The notes beneath the pieces were generated by a model, which saw nothing but the letters and a program-made list of their open reading frames with translations, did not search any database and was not told the origin of the DNA. A DNA stretch of 64,000 bases from Patescibacteria group bacterium (GTDB lineage: Bacteria > Patescibacteriota > Patescibacteriia > Buchananbacterales > GWA2-38-13). Positions 1 through 8,763 of this stretch are shown one piece after another. Location of the stretch: the NCBI GenBank assembly GCA_028712155.1, contig JAQTQO010000003.1, positions 2,309 to 66,308 of the forward strand, written 5' to 3'. Both the position numbers and the translations under genes were made by a program. How positions within the stretch are numbered: position 1 is the first letter of the stretch; every line of letters starts with the position of its first letter.

Positions 1-144
1 AACCAACAGAATGAAAATCAGGGCGGCAAAGAGCGCCGTCTGGGCGGCAAAGTATGCCCGGCGGTGCATTTTGGCCTGGCCGGCGGAAATTTTTTCAATC
101 ACCTGCTCGCGGACGGACGGGGTAGGCGCTTCATGTTTTTCCAT
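1..144 (-). CDS. N-terminal part of a membrane protein (candidate anti-sigma partner), runs off the window
   Basis: Hand translation MEKHEAPTPSVREQVIEKISAGQAKMHRRAYFAAQTALFAALIFILLV; start overlaps the stop of the ECF sigma gene; not in ORF track. Confidence 0.6.
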   Translation of the reverse strand, partial: MEKHEAPTPSVREQVIEKISAGQAKMHRRAYFAAQTALFAALIFILLV

Positions 145-700
145 AGGTTGGATTCAACGTATCATAAATTTTTCGCAGCGCAGACCGGCCGCGTTTGAGG
201 CGAACGCCGACCGTGGAGGCCGGAATCCGCAAAATTTCGGCGATCTCCCGGTAGTCGAGCTCTTCAAAGTAATACAGCACCAGCGGTTCGCGGTACTTGG
301 GCGGCAGGCGCTGCAAGCTGGAATGCAGCGTGGTTTTCAGATCGTTGGCGATGACGTCGCGGTCCGCGTGGTCCCGGGAGTGCGGATGGGGGAACAGTAC
401 GTCGGGGTCGAAGAAAGGGATCGGTTCCCGCCGCTTCCGTTTGATGGTATTTATGAACTCATTGTGGGCGATGCGGTACAGCCAGGGCGAAAATTTGCGC
501 TTCGGATCGAAGCTGCGGATATTAACGTAGGCTTTCAGGAAGGCTTCCTGTACCGTGTCCTCGGCGTCTTCGTAGCCAAACAGAAAGCGCCGCGCGTACC
601 GCAGCATTTTGGATTCATACCGTTCGACCAGAATTCCGAATGCCTGCCCGTCACCCCGCTGCACCTGGATGGCGATGTCTTCATCGGTACGCTCAGCCAT
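131..700 (-). CDS. ECF (sigma-70 group 4) RNA polymerase sigma factor
   Basis: DAEDTVQEAFLKAY, FSPWLYRIAHN (region 2); LPPKYREPLVLYYFEELDYREIAEIL..TVGVRLKRGR (region 4). Confidence 0.92.
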   Translation of the reverse strand: MAERTDEDIAIQVQRGDGQAFGILVERYESKMLRYARRFLFGYEDAEDTVQEAFLKAYVNIRSFDPKRKFSPWLYRIAHNEFINTIKRKRREPIPFFDPDVLFPHPHSRDHADRDVIANDLKTTLHSSLQRLPPKYREPLVLYYFEELDYREIAEILRIPASTVGVRLKRGRSALRKIYDTLNPTYGKT

Positions 701-885
701 AGCCTTTAATAGTACTACCATACGCAGCGGAATTTATTTCATACCCAGGCCTCCCGCGCACTCACGTCATCACGGCCGCTTGGGACCGTTCGCGCGTACT
801 TGTGGGGATTTTTCTCCTCCGCTATACTAATGAGGAGAGAACATTATATACCCGCACCCCGGTCGGGTCAATTGATTCCCGTCAT

Positions 886-1161
886 ATGGCAGAACAAAAA
901 ATCGCAAAAATTGTGGTCGATCGCAACCTGTGCATCGGTGCGGCCACGTGCGTGGTGACCGCCGGCACGGTGTTCGAACTTGACGGCGAAAATAAAGCCG
1001 TCATTTTGCAGCAGGGTGGTACGAAAAATTCCGGTCCTGCCAAACGAGCCGTTCTTAAAGACGCGGCGGTGGCGGATGCAACGATCCTGGCGGCGGCGCA
1101 ATCGTGCCCCACGCGCGCGATTTTCCTCTATGATGCAGCGGAAAAACAAATCTTTCCCTAA
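886..1161 (+). CDS. Monocluster ferredoxin (3Fe-4S type)
   Basis: VDRNLCIGAATC (CxxAxxC) and AAQSCPTRAI. Confidence 0.85.
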   Translation: MAEQKIAKIVVDRNLCIGAATCVVTAGTVFELDGENKAVILQQGGTKNSGPAKRAVLKDAAVADATILAAAQSCPTRAIFLYDAAEKQIFP

Positions 1162-2404
1162 GTCGAAGACCACCGAGGTGAAATATTTGATCATCGGCGG
1201 CGGGGTGGCCGGAACCACAGCCGCCGAAACCATCCGGGAGCGCGACGCTACCGGCAGTATTACGATCGTTTCCGACGAACCTTACCGGCTGTACTCCCGC
1301 ATCATGCTGTCCAAACCGAATTTTTTCCTTGGAAAAATTCCGTTCGAGCAGATCTGGTTAAAATCTGAGTCGTGGTACACCGACAAGAGAATTACGTTCA
1401 TGCCTGGCACGCGGGCCCAGACGCTTGACGCAGAAAATCAGCAGGTGACGCTCAGTAACGGGATGGTGTTCCGGTATGAAAAATTACTGCTCGCGGTGGG
1501 CGTGCTGCCCAATGCATGGCAAGTTCCGGGGTCAGACCGCCGGGGGGTCAATCAGCTGCGCACTCTGGACGATGCGAAAGTCATTATCCAGGGGATTAAG
1601 CGGGTGAAACACGCGGTTTGTATCGGCAGCGGGTTTACGACCTTTGAGATGTGCGACATGCTGCGGATGGCCGGCGTGGACGTCACGGTGGTGATGCGCG
1701 AGCCGCACTACTGGGATCCGCTATTGGATTCTGTATCAGGCGGCTTGATTGAACAGGCGATGGTGAAAGGCGGCGTGAAAATCGTCCGGCAGGCGCTGGT
1801 TAAAACGGTGGACGGCGGCAGGAGCGTCACTGGCGTCACTTTGGAAAGCGGCGAAAAGATTCCTTGCAGCATGGTCATCGCCGGCGTGGGAACGTACGTG
1901 CCGTGCGATTGGGTGAAAACAGGCGGGGTCGCGGTGAACCGCGGCATTTTAGCCAATGAATATCTCGAGACGAATTTCTCCAATATTTGGACTGCGGGAG
2001 ACTGTGCCGAGTTCAACGACCTTATTCTTGAAGAGCAGTTGGTGCTGGGGAATTGGGCCAATAGCCGGCAGCAGGGAGCCTTGGCCGGCGGCAATATGGT
2101 CGGCGGGCGCACGGCGTTCAAGATGGTATCATTTTATACCGCCAATGGATTCGATATAACGATCGCGTTTGTCGGTGACGTCCGGGCCAAAGACCGGCAG
2201 GTGATCGTGCGGGGCAGTTCCGCCCAGGGATTCTACATCCGTCTGATCGTTGACGATCATGATGAGATTGCCGGCGCGACGTTCATCAATAAGACGCCGG
2301 AGATGGCGCCGGTGTCCAAGCTGATCGAGACCAACGTGAAGGTATCGCCGATCCGGCCGCAGCTGGAAGATCCGGCGTTCGATTTACACAAGCTCGTATC
2401 CTGA
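1130..2404 (+). CDS. FAD/NAD(P)-dependent oxidoreductase (ferredoxin/rubredoxin reductase, NirB N-terminal-like)
   Basis: IIGGGVAG FAD motif, PYRLYSRIMLS, IGSGF NAD motif, IWTAGDCAE; start 1130 or GTG 1178. Confidence 0.88.
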   Translation: MMQRKNKSFPKSKTTEVKYLIIGGGVAGTTAAETIRERDATGSITIVSDEPYRLYSRIMLSKPNFFLGKIPFEQIWLKSESWYTDKRITFMPGTRAQTLDAENQQVTLSNGMVFRYEKLLLAVGVLPNAWQVPGSDRRGVNQLRTLDDAKVIIQGIKRVKHAVCIGSGFTTFEMCDMLRMAGVDVTVVMREPHYWDPLLDSVSGGLIEQAMVKGGVKIVRQALVKTVDGGRSVTGVTLESGEKIPCSMVIAGVGTYVPCDWVKTGGVAVNRGILANEYLETNFSNIWTAGDCAEFNDLILEEQLVLGNWANSRQQGALAGGNMVGGRTAFKMVSFYTANGFDITIAFVGDVRAKDRQVIVRGSSAQGFYIRLIVDDHDEIAGATFINKTPEMAPVSKLIETNVKVSPIRPQLEDPAFDLHKLVS

Positions 2405-2409
2405 GATCT

Positions 2410-2982
2410 ATGCCGATCAAAAAACTCCGCGCGCGACCGAAGAAAGCCAAGACGGCGGTTTTGAAGAAAACTGCCGCGGTCCCGGTACCGGCCGAGGAAC
2501 AAAAGATCCGGATCGGCTGGTTTACCTTTTCGTGCAGCGAGGATAATACGGTGGTGATGACCGAGATCATGAACGACCACTGGCAGGAATGGAAAAAAAT
2601 GTTTGATTTCCGCCACGTCCGGATGCTGAAATCCCACAATATTCTCGACGCCCTTGATATCGTTTTCATCGAAGGGGCGATCGCCTCGGAAGAGCAGGCC
2701 CAAAAGCTTAAGGAAATCCGGCAGCGGTCCAAGCTGCTGGTGGCGGTTGGCGCGTGCGCCTGCGTCGGTCTGCCGGCCGGGCAGCGCAACACGTTTACGG
2801 AAATTCAGCGCGCCAAAATCGAACATCTGGTGGCGAAATTTGCCGCCCTGCCGAAAGTGCTGAAAGTGGCGGAGGTCGTTTCCGTGGACGCGGAAGTTCC
2901 GGGCTGCCCGATGGACCCGGCGAATTTTTTGCGCGTGGTCAACCAGGCCGTCGCTCGGGTGCGGGCGGAGAGGCGGTCATAA
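2410..2982 (+). CDS. [NiFe] hydrogenase small subunit, proximal-cluster domain only (HydD/HoxY-like)
   Basis: FSCSED, FIEGAI, VAVGACAC.G, VPGCP; directly upstream of large subunit. Confidence 0.85.
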   Translation: MPIKKLRARPKKAKTAVLKKTAAVPVPAEEQKIRIGWFTFSCSEDNTVVMTEIMNDHWQEWKKMFDFRHVRMLKSHNILDALDIVFIEGAIASEEQAQKLKEIRQRSKLLVAVGACACVGLPAGQRNTFTEIQRAKIEHLVAKFAALPKVLKVAEVVSVDAEVPGCPMDPANFLRVVNQAVARVRAERRS

Positions 2983-2995
2983 CCCATCGTGTGCT

Positions 2996-4291
2996 ATGCA
3001 TACCGTCGATCTTGATTTCACCATCGACCGGGTGACGAAAGTGGAAGGCTCGGCGTCGCTGGACGTGAAGGTGCGCGGCGGCAAAGTGCAGGAAGTCCGC
3101 TTCAAGATTACCGAGTACAAGCGGTTCTTCACCCAGGCGATGCTGGGCAAGCCGATCGCGGCGTTGCCGCAGCTTTTGTCGCGCATTTGCGGCACGTGTT
3201 CCAACGCTCACCTCCTCTGCTCGATCGAAGCGTGCGAACATGCGCTCGGGGTGGTGCCGTCGCCGCAGACGATGCTGCTGCGCATGCTGACGATGTACGG
3301 TCTCATGATCCGGGACCACGCGCTCCATTTGTATTTGTTTTCCATGCCGGATATCTTCGGCAAGGATGCATTTCTGGATCTTGATGAATCCAACCCGGAA
3401 CAGCATCAGATGCTGCACGACGGCTTCGAGGTCAAGGCGGCGGGCAATTACCTCGCGACGTTGGTCGCCGGCCGTTCCGTACACGCGCTGTATCCGGCCA
3501 TCGGCGGTCACCTGCGCACTCCCGATGCCGAAGGTATCGCGGAGGCGGTTAAGAAATTAACGGCGGTGCGGCCGGCGGTCCTGCGCCTGATCGACATTTT
3601 TGCGCAGGCACCGTTCCATTTTGACCGGCAGACCAATTTCATGGCGCTGGTTCCCGAGCGGTACGGTTTTCTTAAGGGCGTGATCGTCACCAGCCGGGGC
3701 GATCGCATCCAGGAGGAGCAGTTCCGGCGGCACCTTGAGCGCGTTGTGCTCCCGTACTCCCAGGCGTCGGCGTACAAGCACCAGGCATCGTCGTACATGG
3801 TCGGGTCACTTGCGCGGATTAACCTCGCGAGCGATCACCTGCATCCCAAAACCAAAGAGTCGGCCGCACACGTATTGAAACACTTCCCATCGACGGATGT
3901 CTTTCACAACAATTTGGCCCAGGCGATTGAGATACTCCATGCGGTTGACGATGCTATCGAGATGCTTACGACGCACCAGTTCAAACCGGAACCGGTACCG
4001 AAACTGGTCTACCGCGAGGCCGTCGGGGTCGGCGTTATCGAAGCGCCCCGCGGTACGCTCTACCATGAGGTTGGAATCGGCGCCGACGGCGTGGTCACCC
4101 ACGGAGAAATCGTGGTCCCGACGGGGCAAAACCAGATCAATATCGAAGAGGACGTTCACCGGCTGGTCCAGGATCTTCTGCCGCATGTCACGCGCGAAAT
4201 ACTGACGCATGAAATCGAAAAGCTCATCCGGGCATACGATCCGTGCATGAGCTGCGCTTCCCACTTCTTGAAGGTGAACTGGGACGCGTGA
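2996..4291 (+). CDS. [NiFe] hydrogenase large subunit, group 3b-related
   Basis: TKVEG, L1 SRICGTCSNAH, EAPRGTLYH, L2 RAYDPCMSCASH plus short cleavable tail FLKVNWDA. Confidence 0.95.
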   Translation: MHTVDLDFTIDRVTKVEGSASLDVKVRGGKVQEVRFKITEYKRFFTQAMLGKPIAALPQLLSRICGTCSNAHLLCSIEACEHALGVVPSPQTMLLRMLTMYGLMIRDHALHLYLFSMPDIFGKDAFLDLDESNPEQHQMLHDGFEVKAAGNYLATLVAGRSVHALYPAIGGHLRTPDAEGIAEAVKKLTAVRPAVLRLIDIFAQAPFHFDRQTNFMALVPERYGFLKGVIVTSRGDRIQEEQFRRHLERVVLPYSQASAYKHQASSYMVGSLARINLASDHLHPKTKESAAHVLKHFPSTDVFHNNLAQAIEILHAVDDAIEMLTTHQFKPEPVPKLVYREAVGVGVIEAPRGTLYHEVGIGADGVVTHGEIVVPTGQNQINIEEDVHRLVQDLLPHVTREILTHEIEKLIRAYDPCMSCASHFLKVNWDA

Positions 4292-4324
4292 TAAATTTGC
4301 TTACCGGGCCGGTCGCCACATTTG

Positions 4325-4357
4325 AAACTCTGACGCCTCACGGAGGTGTCAGAGTTT
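4325..4357 (+). terminator. Hairpin after hydrogenase operon
   Basis: AAACTCTGACGCCTC-ACG-GAGGTGTCAGAGTTT inverted repeat. Confidence 0.6.
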
Positions 4358-4506
4358 ATCTTGGGCGGTGGAGGGCGAATGAACAAAGTGTGTTACCTTT
4401 CTGATATTTATCGTATGTTTATAGTACGGGAAAAAGCTGGTAAAATAACCGCAGAGTGGTTATCGCCATGTATGGCCGTAGTGCCGGGCGGGCGAAGTCA
4501 ATTATC

Positions 4507-5088
4507 ATGACGCATCAGTGCATGGAGCTGGATGAACGCACAATTATCCGCAGGATTCAGGCCGGAGATTTTGATGATTTTCATCATTTGTATGACGCCT
4601 ACGCGCGGCGGATTTACCTGTTCATCTACTACCGGACCTACCACAAGGAAACGGCGGAAGACTTGACCAGTGAGGCGTTCCTCAAGGCGTTCCGGGGGAT
4701 CGGGAGTTTTGATGCCGCCAAAGGAACGTTCGGCGCGTGGCTCTACCGGATCGCCCGCAACGTGGTCATTGACCACTACCGCACCGCGCACCCGACCGTT
4801 GATATGGAAAGCATATGGGACCTCTCAACCGACGATGACGTCGCGCAGGAGGTGGATGTCCGGCAGGATCTGGACCGCGTGCGAGGGTATCTTAAAGATT
4901 TAAAACCCGAGCAGCGCTCCGTGATCATCATGCGCGTATGGGACGAGCTGAGCTACCAGGAAATCGCTGACATCACGGGCAAGTCGGTTCCGAGCTTGAA
5001 AATGATGTTTTCGCGTGCGATCGCGCAATTGCGCCGGGATCTGCCGCTGGGGATGTTACTTTTGGCGCTGTGGCGCGTTTATCATTAG
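4507..5088 (+). CDS. ECF RNA polymerase sigma factor
   Basis: TAEDLTSEAFLKAF, FGAWLYRIARNVVIDHYR, LSYQEIADITGKS; start 4507 or 4522. Confidence 0.92.
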   Translation: MTHQCMELDERTIIRRIQAGDFDDFHHLYDAYARRIYLFIYYRTYHKETAEDLTSEAFLKAFRGIGSFDAAKGTFGAWLYRIARNVVIDHYRTAHPTVDMESIWDLSTDDDVAQEVDVRQDLDRVRGYLKDLKPEQRSVIIMRVWDELSYQEIADITGKSVPSLKMMFSRAIAQLRRDLPLGMLLLALWRVYH

Positions 5089-5091
5089 TGT

Positions 5092-6636
5092 ATGGAACAA
5101 AAAATCCAAAAAATTCTCCGCGACCTCTACAAGATTGACGGCACGCTGCGGCAGCACGATGGAGAGCTGCACGAAATCGTTGCCCGACTGATCGCGTCTC
5201 GGCCGGATGCGGTCCTCGACCAGCGTTTTCACGATGCGCTGCGGCAAACCATCGCCCAGGCGCTGCGCGCCCGATCTTCACCGGCGGTTGCGAGTACTCG
5301 CCAGACAAACTATTTCTTAACCTATATGAAAAAAGCATTGTACGCACTCATCCCGGCTTCGGTCGGTGCACTGGCCGTGCTGTTGGCCGTCGTGTACGGC
5401 GGCAAGATGAAGATTTTGTCGCCGACTGCGCCGGGCGCAGCGTCGCCGGTCTTTGAACAGCATCAGAGCATCATCGCCCGGGGTAACGAAGCGTTCGGTA
5501 AATTGGTTGCCAGCAACTCCGTTTCCCAAGCGGAACAATCCGGTACGTCCGTTGGCAAAGCGGTCGGTTTGGGCGGCGGCGGCAGCGCCCCGATGGCGGT
5601 TTCCGCCGACAGCGGCAAACGGTCGTCTATGGTGGCGCCGGTTCCCGGCTTTGCTCCCGAGTGGACGGCCTACCACTATGTGTACCAGGGGGATCCGTTG
5701 ATGTTGGCTGACGACACGGTTGAAGTATTGCGACGGACCAAGGGTGCGGGAAATGGCGCCGCGGTAGCAGCCGTGCTGCAGGGTATGAATTTCGGTGTGG
5801 CCGACCTCAAGAGTTTTACGAGCCTGCAGGTACAGTCGTTTTCGCTGCGCGAGGATAAAGAGTACGGCTATACCGTTGACGTGAACATTCCCGAAGGGAC
5901 CGTCGGCATCGGCCAAAACTACGAGCGTTGGCCCTATCCGAAGTGCAGCGATGAAGCGTGCTACCAGAACTCCCGCCTCAAGGAGTCGGATATGCTCTCC
6001 GACACGGCAGCCATCCAGATCGCGGATACGTTCGTCCGCGAACACAATTTGGCGCAAAGCGACTACGGTACACCGGAAATTGTGGACGATTGGCGCGTGC
6101 TGTACGCCCAAACTACGGTCAAGACAGACTTTTATTTCCCGGAAGCGGTCAATGTCCTGTACCCGCTGACGGTGAACGGCAAACCGGTGTATGATGACAG
6201 CGGCCGGAAGGTCGGCATGAACATCACCGTTGATGTGCGGTTCAAGCGGGTGTCCGGCGCGTACAACATCGCCACGCAGACGTACGAGAGCTCCAGCTAC
6301 GCCGCCGAAAAGAACGCCGATGCCATTCTCAAGATTTTGGGGCAGGGAGGGCAGTATGCCGGGTACGACGCCCAAGCGCCAAAGATCGTTGACGTGACGG
6401 TGGGTGCACCCCAGACGGCTTACCTGAAGATGTGGCAGTACAACGAGAAGGGAAGTAATGAGCTGCTGGTGCCGGCGTTGGTTTTTCCCATCGCCAAGTC
6501 ACCGGAGCCGTACTTCTGGCGCAAAGCCGTGGTGATCCCGCTGGCCTCTGAACTCTTGCAGCAAACGAATTCCGGCGGGCCCATCCGGACATTGGAGAAA
6601 AGCGTGCCGTCGGTCGTCGTGCCGCCGTCCCAATAA
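5092..6636 (+). CDS. Single-pass membrane protein with large extracytoplasmic domain (candidate anti-sigma factor)
   Basis: 3 nt after ECF sigma; short helical cytoplasmic N-terminus, TM ALIPASVGALAVLLAVVY, long C-terminal domain. Confidence 0.65.
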   Translation: MEQKIQKILRDLYKIDGTLRQHDGELHEIVARLIASRPDAVLDQRFHDALRQTIAQALRARSSPAVASTRQTNYFLTYMKKALYALIPASVGALAVLLAVVYGGKMKILSPTAPGAASPVFEQHQSIIARGNEAFGKLVASNSVSQAEQSGTSVGKAVGLGGGGSAPMAVSADSGKRSSMVAPVPGFAPEWTAYHYVYQGDPLMLADDTVEVLRRTKGAGNGAAVAAVLQGMNFGVADLKSFTSLQVQSFSLREDKEYGYTVDVNIPEGTVGIGQNYERWPYPKCSDEACYQNSRLKESDMLSDTAAIQIADTFVREHNLAQSDYGTPEIVDDWRVLYAQTTVKTDFYFPEAVNVLYPLTVNGKPVYDDSGRKVGMNITVDVRFKRVSGAYNIATQTYESSSYAAEKNADAILKILGQGGQYAGYDAQAPKIVDVTVGAPQTAYLKMWQYNEKGSNELLVPALVFPIAKSPEPYFWRKAVVIPLASELLQQTNSGGPIRTLEKSVPSVVVPPSQ

Positions 6637-6755
6637 ATAATGATCCCGGTAAACTCGGGACAGGTACAAAAATTTATGCTCATCCGGGGAACGATTCCCG
6701 CATGAGTAGCGCGTCCCGGTTCTCCAAAGACCGGGACGCGTAACCGTAATAACGT

Positions 6756-7028
6756 ATGGCCAAAAAGTCATTTACGGCCGATGAGGCGAAAGCGGTCGGC
6801 GGAAAACTCGGCATCGACTGGTCCAAGTTCGACGTTGAGCAGTTCCGGATGGGCATGGATGTGGAGCTCGAGCATGGCCTGCGCGATCCCCACACCAACG
6901 TCACCAATGACGACCCGCTGACGACGGGAAAAATTGCGCTTGCCCACCTGAACGAGTTTCCGGATTATTACACGCGGCTGGATACAATGGAAAAAGAGGG
7001 GGACGCATTCTGGAAAGGAAGGGCGTGA
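6756..7028 (+). CDS. Small conserved protein, DUF5661-like
   Basis: QFRMGMDVELEHG...KIALAHLNEFPDYYTRL signature. Confidence 0.75.
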   Translation: MAKKSFTADEAKAVGGKLGIDWSKFDVEQFRMGMDVELEHGLRDPHTNVTNDDPLTTGKIALAHLNEFPDYYTRLDTMEKEGDAFWKGRA

Positions 7029-7184
7029 GGGCAACAGAATATTTTTGTGTTTACGGCAGCGGCGCGGCAACTGCCGCGCCGTTTGATTTGACTTTTTCGC
7101 TTTCCTCCCGCAAGATTTCGATACGGAAGCTGCGCGGAGCAGTTTTCAACGCAGGCACATTGGCATTTTTTGGAGGACGACGTC

Positions 7185-8249
7185 ATGGCGCCAGAAGGAG
7201 CGTCTACGTACAAAGCCGCCGGGGTTGACCTCGATGCGGCCGACCGGTTCGAAGACATGATCAAGGAGCGGGTCGCGGCGACGTGGCCCGATACTGGGGG
7301 AGAGATCGGCGGGTTCGCCGGCGGTGGTCCCATTCCGCCCGGGGCCACTCACCTCAAGGGTTCCACCGACGGCACCGGCACCAAGGCGATTCTTGCCGCG
7401 CTGCTGGGGAAGTTCGACGGGCTGGGTCAGGATGCGGTCGCCATGTCCGCGGTGGACATGTACGTGTCCGGCAATCGTCCGACGTACCTGCTGGACACGC
7501 TGGACGTGGGCCACCTGGATCCCGATCTCCACATCGCCGTCATCGAGAGCGTGATCCGCGGCTGCCAGCGTGCCGGCTGCAAGCTCATCGGCGGCGAGAC
7601 CGCCGAGCTGCCCGACCTGTTCCGACACCCGTGGATGGTGAACGTCAACGCGCACGCCATCGGCTTTCCCGCCGAGGAGCTGAAGTTCGGGACAGTCAAG
7701 TCGGGCCAGGCCGTGTACGGCTGGGCGTCCCACGGGCCGGGATCGAACGGCTTTTCCCTGCTGCGCAAGGTCTTCAAGCTCAAGGACGAGCCGGCCCGGG
7801 CGCGTCGGCGACTCTTGCGCGAGTACGATGAGCTCGGTACGCTGCCGTTGCACTCGGCCCTGCTGGCGCCCACGGAGATCTGGATTCAGGAGATCGAGCG
7901 GCAGCGCAAGGCCGGCGTCCGGTTCTGTGGCCACGCACACATCACCGGTTCCGGCATGCCGGGCAACATTCCGCGCATCCTGCCTCCCGACTGCAAGGTC
8001 GTCATCGACCGCAGCCGGTGGGGACGTCCGCTCATCTTCCGCCTGACCCAGGAGATGGGCCACGTGAGCGAGGCCGAGATGGATCGCGTCTTCAACCAGG
8101 GAGTCCAGGTCGTTTCCATCGTGTCCCAAGATAGTCCATCGGTGGTGCAGGATCGTTTCGCACACATGATCGGAACGGTCGAGTCTCGCACCGACGACGA
8201 GCCGCAGGTCGTGTTCACCGGAAAACACAGCGACGGCGAGATCTTCTAG
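7185..8249 (+). CDS. purM: Phosphoribosylformylglycinamidine cyclo-ligase (AIR synthetase)-like, divergent
   Basis: TYKAAGVD, GGFAG, TDGTGTK, GGETAELP, SNGFSL, AHITG; SD GGAGG at 7172-7176. Confidence 0.82.
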   Translation: MAPEGASTYKAAGVDLDAADRFEDMIKERVAATWPDTGGEIGGFAGGGPIPPGATHLKGSTDGTGTKAILAALLGKFDGLGQDAVAMSAVDMYVSGNRPTYLLDTLDVGHLDPDLHIAVIESVIRGCQRAGCKLIGGETAELPDLFRHPWMVNVNAHAIGFPAEELKFGTVKSGQAVYGWASHGPGSNGFSLLRKVFKLKDEPARARRRLLREYDELGTLPLHSALLAPTEIWIQEIERQRKAGVRFCGHAHITGSGMPGNIPRILPPDCKVVIDRSRWGRPLIFRLTQEMGHVSEAEMDRVFNQGVQVVSIVSQDSPSVVQDRFAHMIGTVESRTDDEPQVVFTGKHSDGEIF

Positions 8250-8291
8250 TAGTCGCCGCCGTTCTCCGACACCACGGCACCCCAATTACGC

Positions 8292-8329
8292 AATCGCCTT
8301 GCCGATCTCCGACAAGGCGATTTTTTTAT
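8292..8329 (+). terminator. Intrinsic terminator after purM-like gene
   Basis: AATCGCCTTG...CAAGGCGATT stem then T run. Confidence 0.75.
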
Positions 8330-8350
8330 TGTCGAGTGCAGGGTAGTTTC

Positions 8351-8728
8351 CTATGCTCTGACCTGCTTGAGAATTTCTGTTACCGCGCGGAAAGTATGTT
8401 CGGGATCTGCGGCCGGAGGAACCCCAATGATAAGCACTTCCTTGATGTGGCCGAGTTTTTGGAGATAGCGGAGGTTTGCGTAGGCGTCGAAATCGTGCAG
8501 CGTGACGTTCGGCGCGGGGACGAATTTTTTCAAATCGGAAAAAACCGTGACCCGGTCAACGCCGACGACGGTATCCAATACCACCAGCCGTTCCGGTACG
8601 GCCCACTCTTCGTTGGGGTCAACCACCTGAAATTGCACTGTGGGAAACTGCTGCCGAAGTTTGGGCAGCAGTTGCAGCGGCAGCGCGTCGCCGGGAAGAT
8701 CGGGGTTGCCAAAGACGAATATTTCCAT
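8351..8728 (-). CDS. Hydrogenase maturation protease-like protein (HycI/HybD fold, short)
   Basis: VFGNPDLPGD, LVVLDTV, TLHDF, VLIIGVP match the GN..xD / D / H pattern. Confidence 0.7.
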   Translation of the reverse strand: MEIFVFGNPDLPGDALPLQLLPKLRQQFPTVQFQVVDPNEEWAVPERLVVLDTVVGVDRVTVFSDLKKFVPAPNVTLHDFDAYANLRYLQKLGHIKEVLIIGVPPAADPEHTFRAVTEILKQVRA

Positions 8729-8763
8729 GATCAATCATTATCAGAAGCTTCGCTGAGGCGCAT

